From positions 50,883-114,882 of IMG/VR virus record IMGVR_UViG_3300022700_000278: DNA of 64,000 nucleotides; one strand, written 5' to 3'. Below, in pieces: positions 18,710 through 28,295 of this stretch (positions within the stretch are counted from its first letter, which is position 1; each line of letters starts with the position of its first letter). The notes beneath the pieces were generated by a model. That model was not told where the DNA came from. It saw only the letters and a program-made list of their open reading frames with translations, and made no database searches. The translations under genes and the position numbers were made by a program. Source of the DNA: a virus.

Positions 18710-18793
18710 ATGACGATCCGAATGAGCGCAACGCGCAACCTAGGTGACGACGCCATCTCTATCGGCGAGAGTGCCTACGTCGTCGGGTACTGA
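18710..18793 (+). pseudogene. 27-codon GC-rich mini-ORF, likely a remnant of a donor gene
   Basis: AAGGAGG RBS, then MTIRMSATRNLGDDAISIGESAYVVGY*, then an orphan AGGAGG. Confidence 0.45.
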
Positions 18794-18846
18794 GGCGGCT
18801 AGGAGGACGAGAGCAACCTAGAAGAAATCTGGGAGTTATTTAGAAG

Positions 18847-19668
18847 ATGACTTATATTACAAACACAAGTTCTTCGGTAGAGAGGGCGATTTTTTACCAT
18901 CAGAGTCTCGACTACGATCTTTGTGCGGGTTCCGGCCCAGCGGATAGCTGGTCTCCCAGAACCCTAACTCTTGAAGAACACAACGACATTTCTAGCTTAG
19001 AGCTTATTAGTTATGATATTGTATCCACGGATTCTGCTGCTGATACAATAACTGTTTCTGGAACAGATGCTGATTCAGTATTAAAGCAGGGTAGAAGATT
19101 ATGTGTCAGAGGAACTTCTGATAACGATGTTAACACTGGAGATAGAGAATATCTATACAATTCTTCTTCTGTTGGCGGGGGAAATACAACGATTAGTATT
19201 GCTACTGCTAGTGTTGGTGGTCATTTAAAAGATTCTATAAGTGCAAGTTTGGGAGCAGGAGGAAAAGTATATACAGGACTGTTAAAGTTTACAGAAGACA
19301 TGGACGTAATTGTAACTGCTTACGGACTAGGCCATAGATCTGAGGGAATGACTTTACAAGTAGCAAAATATGATGGAGCGATTACTTATAGCAATACAAC
19401 TGGAGAGATCACCGGACATTCTGGAACAGTTGGTACTCCGGGTGTTGGGGGATGGGCAACAACTGGAACGTCAATAACCATGTCTTCTATTGTTTCTTCT
19501 AGTGTTTCTATTACTTCTGGTGATATTATAGAGGTACAGCACTTTAACGGGGCGGTATATACTTCCGGTGGTGAATACAAAACATGGGGTGCAGGATATA
19601 GTGACTCTGAAGTCGCAGGTGCGGGGTCTGTGCCACCTTCATTGCTTGTTGATGTTCTAAAAATTTAA
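18847..19668 (+). CDS. Ser/Gly/Thr-rich virion protein
   Basis: 273-aa beta-rich ORF with a GGGAG RBS; codon usage returns to AT-rich. Confidence 0.65.
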   Translation: MTYITNTSSSVERAIFYHQSLDYDLCAGSGPADSWSPRTLTLEEHNDISSLELISYDIVSTDSAADTITVSGTDADSVLKQGRRLCVRGTSDNDVNTGDREYLYNSSSVGGGNTTISIATASVGGHLKDSISASLGAGGKVYTGLLKFTEDMDVIVTAYGLGHRSEGMTLQVAKYDGAITYSNTTGEITGHSGTVGTPGVGGWATTGTSITMSSIVSSSVSITSGDIIEVQHFNGAVYTSGGEYKTWGAGYSDSEVAGAGSVPPSLLVDVLKI

Positions 19669-19683
19669 AACTAGGAGTATGAA

Positions 19684-20019
19684 ATGAGGGCATATAGAAA
19701 ATATTATAACGCTTCAGACGATCTCTTGAGAGAGGATGTCGTGAATGTGGCACTTAGAGGCAACTACAAAGATGTCAACTTGTTTTCTTATGCAAGCGAA
19801 GATCTCAAGATGAGATATAAAGTAAAAATTGATACCAGAAAAATTTTTGGTCCAAGTGGCCTTGGCTCTCGTACAGTTGACAGAATCGAGCTAGAGGGAA
19901 ACTTTTCTTCGTGTGAAACGAGTTCTAGCAACTATACCTGGGCGAGTTGGGATCTTGGAAACGATCAGAACGCATTGGCCGATATGTCTGGTCTTCCTGT
20001 CGTAGGGGACACTGTTTAA
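19684..20019 (+). CDS. hypothetical protein
   Basis: AGGAG RBS; co-oriented ORF. Confidence 0.65.
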   Translation: MRAYRKYYNASDDLLREDVVNVALRGNYKDVNLFSYASEDLKMRYKVKIDTRKIFGPSGLGSRTVDRIELEGNFSSCETSSSNYTWASWDLGNDQNALADMSGLPVVGDTV

Positions 20020-20034
20020 AGGAAGGATTTTCTA

Positions 20035-20499
20035 GTGTACGGGTGGATAAAAGTTTTTGAAGACGGTTCAACAGAAGAAGTTTACGACAAAGATATTTTA
20101 AGCGGAAAAGGATCTTGGTCCAAAGGGAAACTAGATAATATTGCCGGCGTGTGTCTGGTTTCTAAGGGGCTTTGTCGCTTGCTGTTTGCTCCCAATACAA
20201 GCTGGCATCAATTTGATAAGTTTTCTATTACATTGTCGGCTGGAAAACATAAACCGATTAGAACACACCAAGTTGTACAAGCAAAGATTCAGCGATATCA
20301 TGTTGGAATGTATGTCGAGTTTAATACACAAACTAGATCAACGGCCACTTCTGTTGCAGTTGTAAGCGAGCCACAAAAACACCTGTTCTCGCTTAAGATC
20401 AAAGAAAGACATATAAACAAATGGTTATCTCTTAGTACAGACAAAGATCTTACTACAAAAATTAATTTTGTTGAAAAGCGTGGACAGCTTCCTAGGTAA
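20035..20499 (+). CDS. hypothetical basic protein
   Basis: AAGGA RBS before a GTG start; co-oriented ORF. Confidence 0.65.
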   Translation: MYGWIKVFEDGSTEEVYDKDILSGKGSWSKGKLDNIAGVCLVSKGLCRLLFAPNTSWHQFDKFSITLSAGKHKPIRTHQVVQAKIQRYHVGMYVEFNTQTRSTATSVAVVSEPQKHLFSLKIKERHINKWLSLSTDKDLTTKINFVEKRGQLPR

Positions 20500-20511
20500 A
20501 AGACTATCGCC

Positions 20512-22689
20512 GTGACTAAATATCTTTCCAGTGTAATGAAAATTCTCCCTGCCACTCAGGCTCGGCAGATAGCAGACATACTACAAGAACTGCGTGCTAA
20601 TGGAGAATTAAGAGATACTAAAGATTATCAAAATGCTCTTTCAGAGCTTGCTGGCTTGGTAAATGCCGAAGACCCCAAGCCTACGTTTGAACAAATTAAG
20701 GCTTTGGTGTGGGCGCTGTGTCGATCTAGCTCACATAATGCAATGATGCGGGCCGCTAAAAATGATCTAGAAGCGGTCTTTTTGCAAACAGACGAAATTG
20801 GCCGAAGACTTGATGACCAACATTCATATATGATGAAAAGTCTAATTGCAGACTTGCAGAAAATTTTACAGGATCAAGAAGATAAGGTTCGAGAGCTAAA
20901 AACAAAAAGCGCGAAAGACAACGAGTTTGATGGGGCAATTTTAAACTCTTTTGCTCGAACAGCGCTTAAGCAAATGACCAGAGCAGAATGCGACGAAGAC
21001 TTATTCTTTTTTGAAAATCGTACTGGGCGAGCAAAAGATCAAAACGAATTACCAGATGCCTATGTGTCTGAACATGGCCAGAAGCTTGTTCTGCCCTCAC
21101 AAAACGATCCTAAAATTCTTCCAATAAGCGCGAGGCTTGTTTACGAAGAAAATTCTTTTGACACATCTCTTGATGCGACAATAAACAACAGTCTGTCGAA
21201 CATCATAGACGGAAAGAAAGATACCTTTTGGTCTAGGGAAGTTTATCTAAACGAAACAACGAATGAGGTTTCTACAACAATAGAGTTTGACTTTGGTTCT
21301 GGCAGAGATATTAATTATTGTATAGTAGAAGGGGCTGTGGGATTTCCCTTCTACATCAACGAAATGCATGCCGTTGGGATAGACGGACAGACTATTGATC
21401 TATTGTTAAGACGGTCAAAAAATTCTTCTGATTTAGTTGACCAGGAATATACAGCAAGCGAAATAAAAGAAGTTAAGATAGAGGGGCATGAAAGAATAGA
21501 CTTTTTTCAGGTTTTTGCAAAATCTGTTCGAATTAAATTTGCATGTTCTTCTTTTGAGGAAGCAGATTTTTATGTTCCCCCAGAGACTTCTATTAGTGAC
21601 GCCTTAGATCTTAAAAACCCCGAAGACATTGATCTTTCTGATTTAAATCCGGCGGCAGAGAAAGCTCTTGTGTCCACAGAATTAGCAGAAATTTGTAACG
21701 CCCAGAACGACGGAACAAGCCATGTCAATGCTAATGCTTATCGGTTTTGTCTAGACAATGTTTGGTTTGGAAACAGCCTGTATCATCACAACGGAATCTT
21801 TGTTTCAGAAGCGACTCGGTTGTCTGCTCCTGGAGTCGTTTCTATAAAAGCACAAGAAAAAAACGTTGGTTATTATTACGAAGACAGCGAAGAAACAATC
21901 CAGACATCAATTGAAGAAAACGATTTAAGCGAGACAACCCTATCGAGCGATCAATATAAGAATGCTGGTTCTGTTGAGTATGAAGTTATTCGACACTGGA
22001 CAAACCAAGAGGGGAATCCCCAACGAGAACATTTTCCTATTCCAATATTAGGACAAAGAAAAGTCGTTAGAGAACGCATAGTCTTGTCAAAAAGAGTTGA
22101 CGACCCATTGGTAAATGATGTTGGGATGTTAAGGTTTGCTCCAAGGGTAGAAAGAGGATTTGGGGTCCATATATTTAGGAATGGCAAAGAAATGGCTTGT
22201 GGGACAGGGCCAGACAATTGGCAGTTTGCTACTAGAAAATTTGGAGGGGCTTTTGAGTGGAAAGACAGCACTTTGAGTGAGGATTGGAGTGATTTTCGAC
22301 GATGGAATCTTATTCCACAGAAAATGTGGATCAAGTTTAACAACGTATCTCCAGGGGATGTCTTTACCGCTAGCTATACTATAAGGACGAGTGTTAGAGA
22401 AGATTCAGACTTCATTCATCCTCCATATTCCACCCCACTAACTGCATCAGAAGCTGTCGTTTATATGGACAAGAACAAAATGCTTTATCTGGGAGAAGAT
22501 GGAAAAGTTATTTTTGTCCCAGATCCAGAAACTGGATACACAAGCGCGACAGACTTATACGTACAAATTACTCTTAAGAGAAATTCTTCTGAAATCGCCT
22601 TGTCGCCCGAGGTGTTAGAATATATGTTGTTGTCGGCTCCATATAAACCAGGATTTTCTTCTGAGGACAGGACAGCAAATGACGAATAA
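20512..22689 (+). CDS. coiled-coil plus discoidin-like virion protein (paralog A)
   Basis: N-terminal helical/coiled-coil region; LSNIIDGKKDTFW..IEFDFG resembles an F5/8-C-like motif. Confidence 0.6.
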   Translation: MTKYLSSVMKILPATQARQIADILQELRANGELRDTKDYQNALSELAGLVNAEDPKPTFEQIKALVWALCRSSSHNAMMRAAKNDLEAVFLQTDEIGRRLDDQHSYMMKSLIADLQKILQDQEDKVRELKTKSAKDNEFDGAILNSFARTALKQMTRAECDEDLFFFENRTGRAKDQNELPDAYVSEHGQKLVLPSQNDPKILPISARLVYEENSFDTSLDATINNSLSNIIDGKKDTFWSREVYLNETTNEVSTTIEFDFGSGRDINYCIVEGAVGFPFYINEMHAVGIDGQTIDLLLRRSKNSSDLVDQEYTASEIKEVKIEGHERIDFFQVFAKSVRIKFACSSFEEADFYVPPETSISDALDLKNPEDIDLSDLNPAAEKALVSTELAEICNAQNDGTSHVNANAYRFCLDNVWFGNSLYHHNGIFVSEATRLSAPGVVSIKAQEKNVGYYYEDSEETIQTSIEENDLSETTLSSDQYKNAGSVEYEVIRHWTNQEGNPQREHFPIPILGQRKVVRERIVLSKRVDDPLVNDVGMLRFAPRVERGFGVHIFRNGKEMACGTGPDNWQFATRKFGGAFEWKDSTLSEDWSDFRRWNLIPQKMWIKFNNVSPGDVFTASYTIRTSVREDSDFIHPPYSTPLTASEAVVYMDKNKMLYLGEDGKVIFVPDPETGYTSATDLYVQITLKRNSSEIALSPEVLEYMLLSAPYKPGFSSEDRTANDE

Positions 22690-25600
22690 GTTTACATCTC
22701 CTCCTCCGACTGATTGGGTAGTAGCAAAGCTACAAGTTTTGTTAGACTATACGAATCGTCTATACCAAGAAGGCGGTCTTTCTTTAAAAGAAGATATTAT
22801 CGATGCTTATACTGAAGCAATGGGGTTGTTTGTAGACTCTATAGACAAGTCAATTGTAGGAGTCGTGTATCCAATACAGGCGGGGATGCCTGCTGATCCA
22901 GTAGACTATAATGTTTTTTCTCGAGCGATTCTTCAAGATCTGCAGGTTTTGTTTTCACAAACAAAAGTTACAGATAGTCTTGTTAGTGCCAACTTTAACA
23001 ATATCATAGCTCTTAGAGATAAGGTTTTAAGCATCTCCAGAAGAATTACTTCTAAAACAGCAGATTATTTGCTTTATGCTGATCCTTCTCTTGGAGAGGG
23101 CTTTTTCTTTGGAGAGCGGTTTAATAGCGCAAGGCATATTGACATAGGATCTAGTTTGGTAGAAGACGAAGAATGTCTATTGAACCAAGAAGAAGGGGTT
23201 GTTCTTCTTCCTCTTGACGGCAATCCCGAGAGACATAGTGTAGCGAAATATACTTTAAACGATTCCAGTAATGGAGAACTAGGCAACAACCACGAAGCTT
23301 TTGCAGAACCACACAGCACACTAGAAGCACTGGGAGACGGAGAGCCAGATACCTGGGTAGAATATGAAAGGGTTACCCAGTTTGCCTCAAGCCGTCCTCT
23401 CGTCTTAGACATGACTCTTACTTTAGGGAAAGAATCTATTGTAAACCACATCCATGTCTTGCCAGTACAATTTGGCACACCAACTCCTCCAAAAATATTG
23501 ACTCTTGAAACATCTTCTGATGGAAAAGATTATAGATCTGTAAAAGATGAAATTCCAATTAGCGATTTCTTTTCCGAGGAAGAGGATGATGTTTTTGAGC
23601 TTTCTGGCAAAACTAGCAAATATAGCGGAGAGGGCTACTTCTCTTTTCTTCCTCGCCGAGCCAAATTTGTACACATAGTTATTCAGCAGGGATCTGCTTA
23701 TGCGATAAGAACGAACACTGGAGAAAAGCTAAGGTATGCTATTGGCCTAAAGGATATAAATATATATGGAAGAAAGTTTAAGCCAAAGGGCAGTCTCGTA
23801 TCTAAGGCCATTTCAGTAAATGGCGACGCAACAAAAATGTCTTTGTGGGCATCTGAAAACCCAACAGAAAAGTCTGTTTTAGCAGATATCCGACATGATC
23901 TGTCTCCCGATGATGGCGGATCTTGGTATTCTGTTCAGCCACAGGGCAGGGACTATGTCACTTATCCAGAAATCTTGAATTTCAACAACAGCGAAAGCGA
24001 TTCTATCTCTACCGGAGGAGAGATTCCCTCTGTTCGACATAAAATAATAATGAATCGTGATGCTGATAAGTTCACAGGAAATGTAGTATTAGAACAAGAA
24101 AAAAAATCTACTGTTGATCTTGTCCCGACAACGGGCCTCAGCCCGTTTCTGTTGGAACTTCAGAACGAGCCTATCCCAGAGACAGTGAACGCAAGCATAC
24201 CGGTATATGGTAGCTGGAGCTGCCCGAGAGAGCGAGAGACAGCGGGCTTACAGTCTGTCTCTCCTCCAATGGACTTAGATTTTATAGAAGCAGAAATCAA
24301 CAGTGCAACTACAGATACCATTAGAATAAAACTTCCATATAAAAACATTCCTAATCTACCACATCGACTCAGAGTCTTTGTAGACGGATCTCAGTGGTCA
24401 TACAGTTCTACAAAAGATTCTGACTTGTCGTCTCTTGATGAAGAAAGTCGAGTTTATTTCTTAGATCGAGGAGGGCAGATTTTAAAATTTGTCCACCTTT
24501 TTGATTCTGTCAAATACGGAAAACTTCCTGGTAGCGGAGCAAAGGTTCAAGTTTGTCTAGACGGAGATAATCCGCCAATGAGAGTCTTAGATGCGGGTCC
24601 TACGCTCATGTTGTCTGGGTCTTCTGATGGCTTCAAGAAAAATGTTAGCATCGTCACTCCAAGAAAACTTGAGTCTTTACAAGAAGACACAGAAGAACCC
24701 CTGGGGTCGGTGGAAACTTTTGTGGTTCCTGGCGGAGACGGACACAAGGCTATTAGTCTAAACGCCGGCAATCAAACAGAAGAGGAAGAGAGCGCTAGTG
24801 CAATATCTACTGGAACCATTCCTCCTGTTTACGATACCAGCGAAGACAGTTTTTGGATGACAGAGTATTCAGCATCAAATACGACTCTAGAATTAAGCCC
24901 AACTCATGAGGATCGTGCTTTTTATAGCGACAGCAGTGAAGTCAGAGAAGATGGCTATGTGCCTTTTGTAGACGGCTATACAGAGTTCTTGTTTGAAGGC
25001 TCGTACCACAAAAATAGATGGACCTTTGATCCGTATTCTGGCGTTCTGTATATAGGGGGAGGACATAGAGGAAACCATTCGGTAAGATTTACTTATTATC
25101 GAAGAAAGTTAAAAGTTTTATCAGAAGAAGACTGGGACTATTATCGTAGCCCTATTTCTGGGAAAGAAGATACCTCTAGAATTGTTTTAAAACCTTCTTC
25201 TGTTTATCAGTTTGAAAAAACAGTTAGTTTATCAGAAGACGATCGTAGTGCATCTTTGACTGATAATTTATTTGACAGACACGACTGGTGGAAACAAAAA
25301 ATTGTTAGAGGCTCTATAAAGCTTAGTGAAGGCATTCTTCTAGACGATGAAGACAAGCCTATTGCTCCCGTAGAAGTAAACTTTGTAGACGGAGAAACAG
25401 AATTAACAAATACCACATGGGTATCACAAGCAATTTCTGCAGAATCTGGAACTCTACATTCTTTCCAACTTGATCGAATCGACAGCGAACACCCGTTAGC
25501 AGGAGCGCCTGTTTTTGAAGTCGCCACAGAATATCCCGATGCTGTTCAGTCCAATCAGTTTGTCAGTCAGGTTGAAAGTCCTGGAGATATAAGCTCTTCG

Positions 25601-26083
25601 GGAGACTGGTGTGTTGCCAGTAACGGAACTGTCACAATAAAAACTGCTTCAAGCGGACTTATAAAACATAAAGTTCGCTATAGTTTTGAGGATTTGAACA
25701 ATGGAATTGATAAAAGAGGACTTTTTTCTGTTGATTATGAAAATAACAATATTCATTTTGGTTCAGGTGTCGCCGCTGACAATAATGTGACGTTCAACGT
25801 CACCATGTATAGCGCTTTTTACAACATGAGCGAAGTGATAAGAGATGATGATATAGAAGAAATAGATTCGGACAACAACACAATAGAACTCAAAACAGAG
25901 TATGCTGAAAAATTCTTAAGAGAACCATCACCACAAAACCCAGCGCCTAGATATGTTAGAGTAGGATATAGTTATTATGAGAAGTCAACAGAGTCACTAA
26001 AAGATCTAGAACCATACTTCTCTCCTATTTGTAAGGACATCGCTATTCGCGCAATTACAAAAGCTATGATGGGCACTTTTTAA
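22679..26083 (+). CDS. coiled-coil plus discoidin-like virion protein (paralog B)
   Basis: 1134 aa; ALGDGEPDTW..LETSSDGKDY..AKFVHIVI motif. Confidence 0.6.
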   Translation: MTNKFTSPPPTDWVVAKLQVLLDYTNRLYQEGGLSLKEDIIDAYTEAMGLFVDSIDKSIVGVVYPIQAGMPADPVDYNVFSRAILQDLQVLFSQTKVTDSLVSANFNNIIALRDKVLSISRRITSKTADYLLYADPSLGEGFFFGERFNSARHIDIGSSLVEDEECLLNQEEGVVLLPLDGNPERHSVAKYTLNDSSNGELGNNHEAFAEPHSTLEALGDGEPDTWVEYERVTQFASSRPLVLDMTLTLGKESIVNHIHVLPVQFGTPTPPKILTLETSSDGKDYRSVKDEIPISDFFSEEEDDVFELSGKTSKYSGEGYFSFLPRRAKFVHIVIQQGSAYAIRTNTGEKLRYAIGLKDINIYGRKFKPKGSLVSKAISVNGDATKMSLWASENPTEKSVLADIRHDLSPDDGGSWYSVQPQGRDYVTYPEILNFNNSESDSISTGGEIPSVRHKIIMNRDADKFTGNVVLEQEKKSTVDLVPTTGLSPFLLELQNEPIPETVNASIPVYGSWSCPRERETAGLQSVSPPMDLDFIEAEINSATTDTIRIKLPYKNIPNLPHRLRVFVDGSQWSYSSTKDSDLSSLDEESRVYFLDRGGQILKFVHLFDSVKYGKLPGSGAKVQVCLDGDNPPMRVLDAGPTLMLSGSSDGFKKNVSIVTPRKLESLQEDTEEPLGSVETFVVPGGDGHKAISLNAGNQTEEEESASAISTGTIPPVYDTSEDSFWMTEYSASNTTLELSPTHEDRAFYSDSSEVREDGYVPFVDGYTEFLFEGSYHKNRWTFDPYSGVLYIGGGHRGNHSVRFTYYRRKLKVLSEEDWDYYRSPISGKEDTSRIVLKPSSVYQFEKTVSLSEDDRSASLTDNLFDRHDWWKQKIVRGSIKLSEGILLDDEDKPIAPVEVNFVDGETELTNTTWVSQAISAESGTLHSFQLDRIDSEHPLAGAPVFEVATEYPDAVQSNQFVSQVESPGDISSSGDWCVASNGTVTIKTASSGLIKHKVRYSFEDLNNGIDKRGLFSVDYENNNIHFGSGVAADNNVTFNVTMYSAFYNMSEVIRDDDIEEIDSDNNTIELKTEYAEKFLREPSPQNPAPRYVRVGYSYYEKSTESLKDLEPYFSPICKDIAIRAITKAMMGTF

Positions 26084-28251
26084 TGTCAATTATTTCATCA
26101 CATAAAGAATATATCTTAGAGCGCTTGCTGTTGGCACATTTACTAAAAGGGGAGTTGCCAACTGCTGACGTATTAGAAGAAGAACTAGAAGAATATATGA
26201 ATACGCATCCGTCTCTTGCAGAGCCAACATCTATGCAAGCAGATTTTGATATAGAAAGAGTCTCTAAAGCAAAAGCTTCTAAGATTCAAGAAATTGCTAG
26301 TTATATTTCTAGTGATGTTTCTATTGTAAATAGAGAGCTTCGGCATATTTTAGACAAGGGGAAGTCTCATTATGAACGCTGGACGATAGAACTTAACCGA
26401 CTACTCAACAAGGCAAAGCGCATAGAACACGAGGTAGACACTCTTCTCTTGTTACAAGGAGATACTGCTGGATACTTTAGCCAGGTTTCTGATATTTTTG
26501 TTGATACAACAAAAATTGATATGGAGAATACCGATGCAAAAATAGATACAACGGCAAACTCTGTCTCTTTGGATCCCGAAGCCGGTTATTCTTCTGATGC
26601 TTCTGGAGGAAGCAGAATTGATTTAAGCACAATGCTAGAAGACGACGTCTTCTTTAGCGTGCTTAGCACCACTCCTACTGGTTATACGCCTGTACAGGGA
26701 AGTAAATTATTTCATATGTTTGTTTCCCCTAGTTCTGGCTGGCGGGGAATTGTCAACAAAGGTTCTGGCGGAGAAGTTGTTTGTGAGTTAAAGGCTCGGC
26801 TAAGCAGAGTTGAGGATATCTCTGTTTCTAAGATCGTGTATGTTTCTAATGTTGGTGATGCTGGTGGAGACGCTTCCGTCACATGCATGCATTCTTTAGA
26901 TGGATATCAGTGGTATATGATAGACAATGCAGCGCCGACACAATCTTTGGATGCTGGTGTCGTCTCTTGGTCTTTTCCGAAGACGGATTTAAGATGGGTT
27001 AAGTTTTTACTTAGAAAAACAAACTATGACGAAGTTAACGGAGGTACTTGTTATTATAATTTCGGTGCAAGCGATGTTCGACTATATGGTTCTATGTATA
27101 ATTCTCTTGATGGCGGAACCTTGGTCAGTCAGGCTATTCAGCCTTTGGACTACGAAGACAAAGTTGTTCCTTTTACAAAAGCTGCGCTTGATGCCTGTGA
27201 AGAAAACGTTAACATAGAAGAACTTGGAACAGATATACAATACTATTTGTCTGCCTCTACAGATGGAGAAACTTGGACAGGCGAAACACAAGTAGAGCCA
27301 TCTGGGAGATCAAATAGAATTTGGCCTTCTGTCGCAAATTTTAGCGGAGCAAGAAAACTTGATAACGTTGAAGACAGCAGCTCTTTTGATTTGTTAGATA
27401 GCGAGGTTGCATCAAAGCTTTATATCGTCAAAGACATTGACTCGAGCTCTTATATTCCATATGGGTATAAAGACGGAAGCTATGGGTTTGTAAACACAGC
27501 AATCCCCTTGAAAGACGCAGATACTGGAACATCTTTATCTGCGCAGCATATATTTAATAGCCTTGAGGTTTGGAGAAATATTTTCGATATTTCTTCTCCA
27601 TCTACTTTGGTAAGAGGTGTCTCTGCAGGATGGGGAAAAGATAACGACAAATATTATTGTCAATTTTATGTTGGCTCTCCTAGTGGAACGACGTTTGACT
27701 TTGGTCCCACTTCTTGCGTGATAGATGGAGTAAAGCGTTCTGGAAAAGTGTCTTTGCCATTAGGTGTCCATTCTTTTTCTACAGCTTATACAAATTGGTT
27801 TAATATTTATAGTGATTCTTATGCAGAACCAGACAGCGAAGACGACCTAGAGGTACTTGATCCCCTATACCCGTATAACCATAAGCTTGTGCTAGAAGGA
27901 TTTGAGTATAAAAATAGTTTTTCTGGAGAACAAAAGTATAACAACAGAGCTGATATTATTGCAGAATATTACTGCAAGCGAACAAGCACATATGATTTAG
28001 AGAACAATATAGAAGACAAAGAAAGATATTTTTCCTTTGTAAAATCTCTTGGAAAATCTTCTTCTCCTACTGCCGGCGTTTTGTTATATAGAAACATGTC
28101 TTTTGACGATTATTCGAACGAAAAATGTCGATTGCTATGGAATTCTGGCAAGAGTTCATATAAATATATTAAACTAAAAGCTATTTTGTCTACGACAAAG
28201 GAAGAAAACACTCCTTTACTTTATTCGTATCGAATTAAGATTGGTTCTTAA
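26083..28251 (+). CDS. coiled-coil plus beta-sandwich virion protein (paralog C)
   Basis: HSLDGYQW..SFPKTDLRWVKF; C-terminal IKLKAIL..TPLLYSYRIK. Confidence 0.6.
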   Translation: MSIISSHKEYILERLLLAHLLKGELPTADVLEEELEEYMNTHPSLAEPTSMQADFDIERVSKAKASKIQEIASYISSDVSIVNRELRHILDKGKSHYERWTIELNRLLNKAKRIEHEVDTLLLLQGDTAGYFSQVSDIFVDTTKIDMENTDAKIDTTANSVSLDPEAGYSSDASGGSRIDLSTMLEDDVFFSVLSTTPTGYTPVQGSKLFHMFVSPSSGWRGIVNKGSGGEVVCELKARLSRVEDISVSKIVYVSNVGDAGGDASVTCMHSLDGYQWYMIDNAAPTQSLDAGVVSWSFPKTDLRWVKFLLRKTNYDEVNGGTCYYNFGASDVRLYGSMYNSLDGGTLVSQAIQPLDYEDKVVPFTKAALDACEENVNIEELGTDIQYYLSASTDGETWTGETQVEPSGRSNRIWPSVANFSGARKLDNVEDSSSFDLLDSEVASKLYIVKDIDSSSYIPYGYKDGSYGFVNTAIPLKDADTGTSLSAQHIFNSLEVWRNIFDISSPSTLVRGVSAGWGKDNDKYYCQFYVGSPSGTTFDFGPTSCVIDGVKRSGKVSLPLGVHSFSTAYTNWFNIYSDSYAEPDSEDDLEVLDPLYPYNHKLVLEGFEYKNSFSGEQKYNNRADIIAEYYCKRTSTYDLENNIEDKERYFSFVKSLGKSSSPTAGVLLYRNMSFDDYSNEKCRLLWNSGKSSYKYIKLKAILSTTKEENTPLLYSYRIKIGS

Positions 28252-28295
28252 CTGGCCAAAAGTGATAGAATAGACAAAGATTGGGAGCTTCTAGC

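Larger units (their letters stand above)
14697..18810. other. GC-rich horizontally acquired block
   Basis: Third codon positions are mostly C/G (gtc, gac, gcc, acg) versus T/A in the flanks. The block also produces many spurious overlapping ORFs in the track. Confidence 0.85.

Noticed and set aside
14561-18756. Many long antisense and alternate-frame ORFs
   Set aside because: These are an expected by-product of high GC3 in the three real genes and carry no recognisable motifs.
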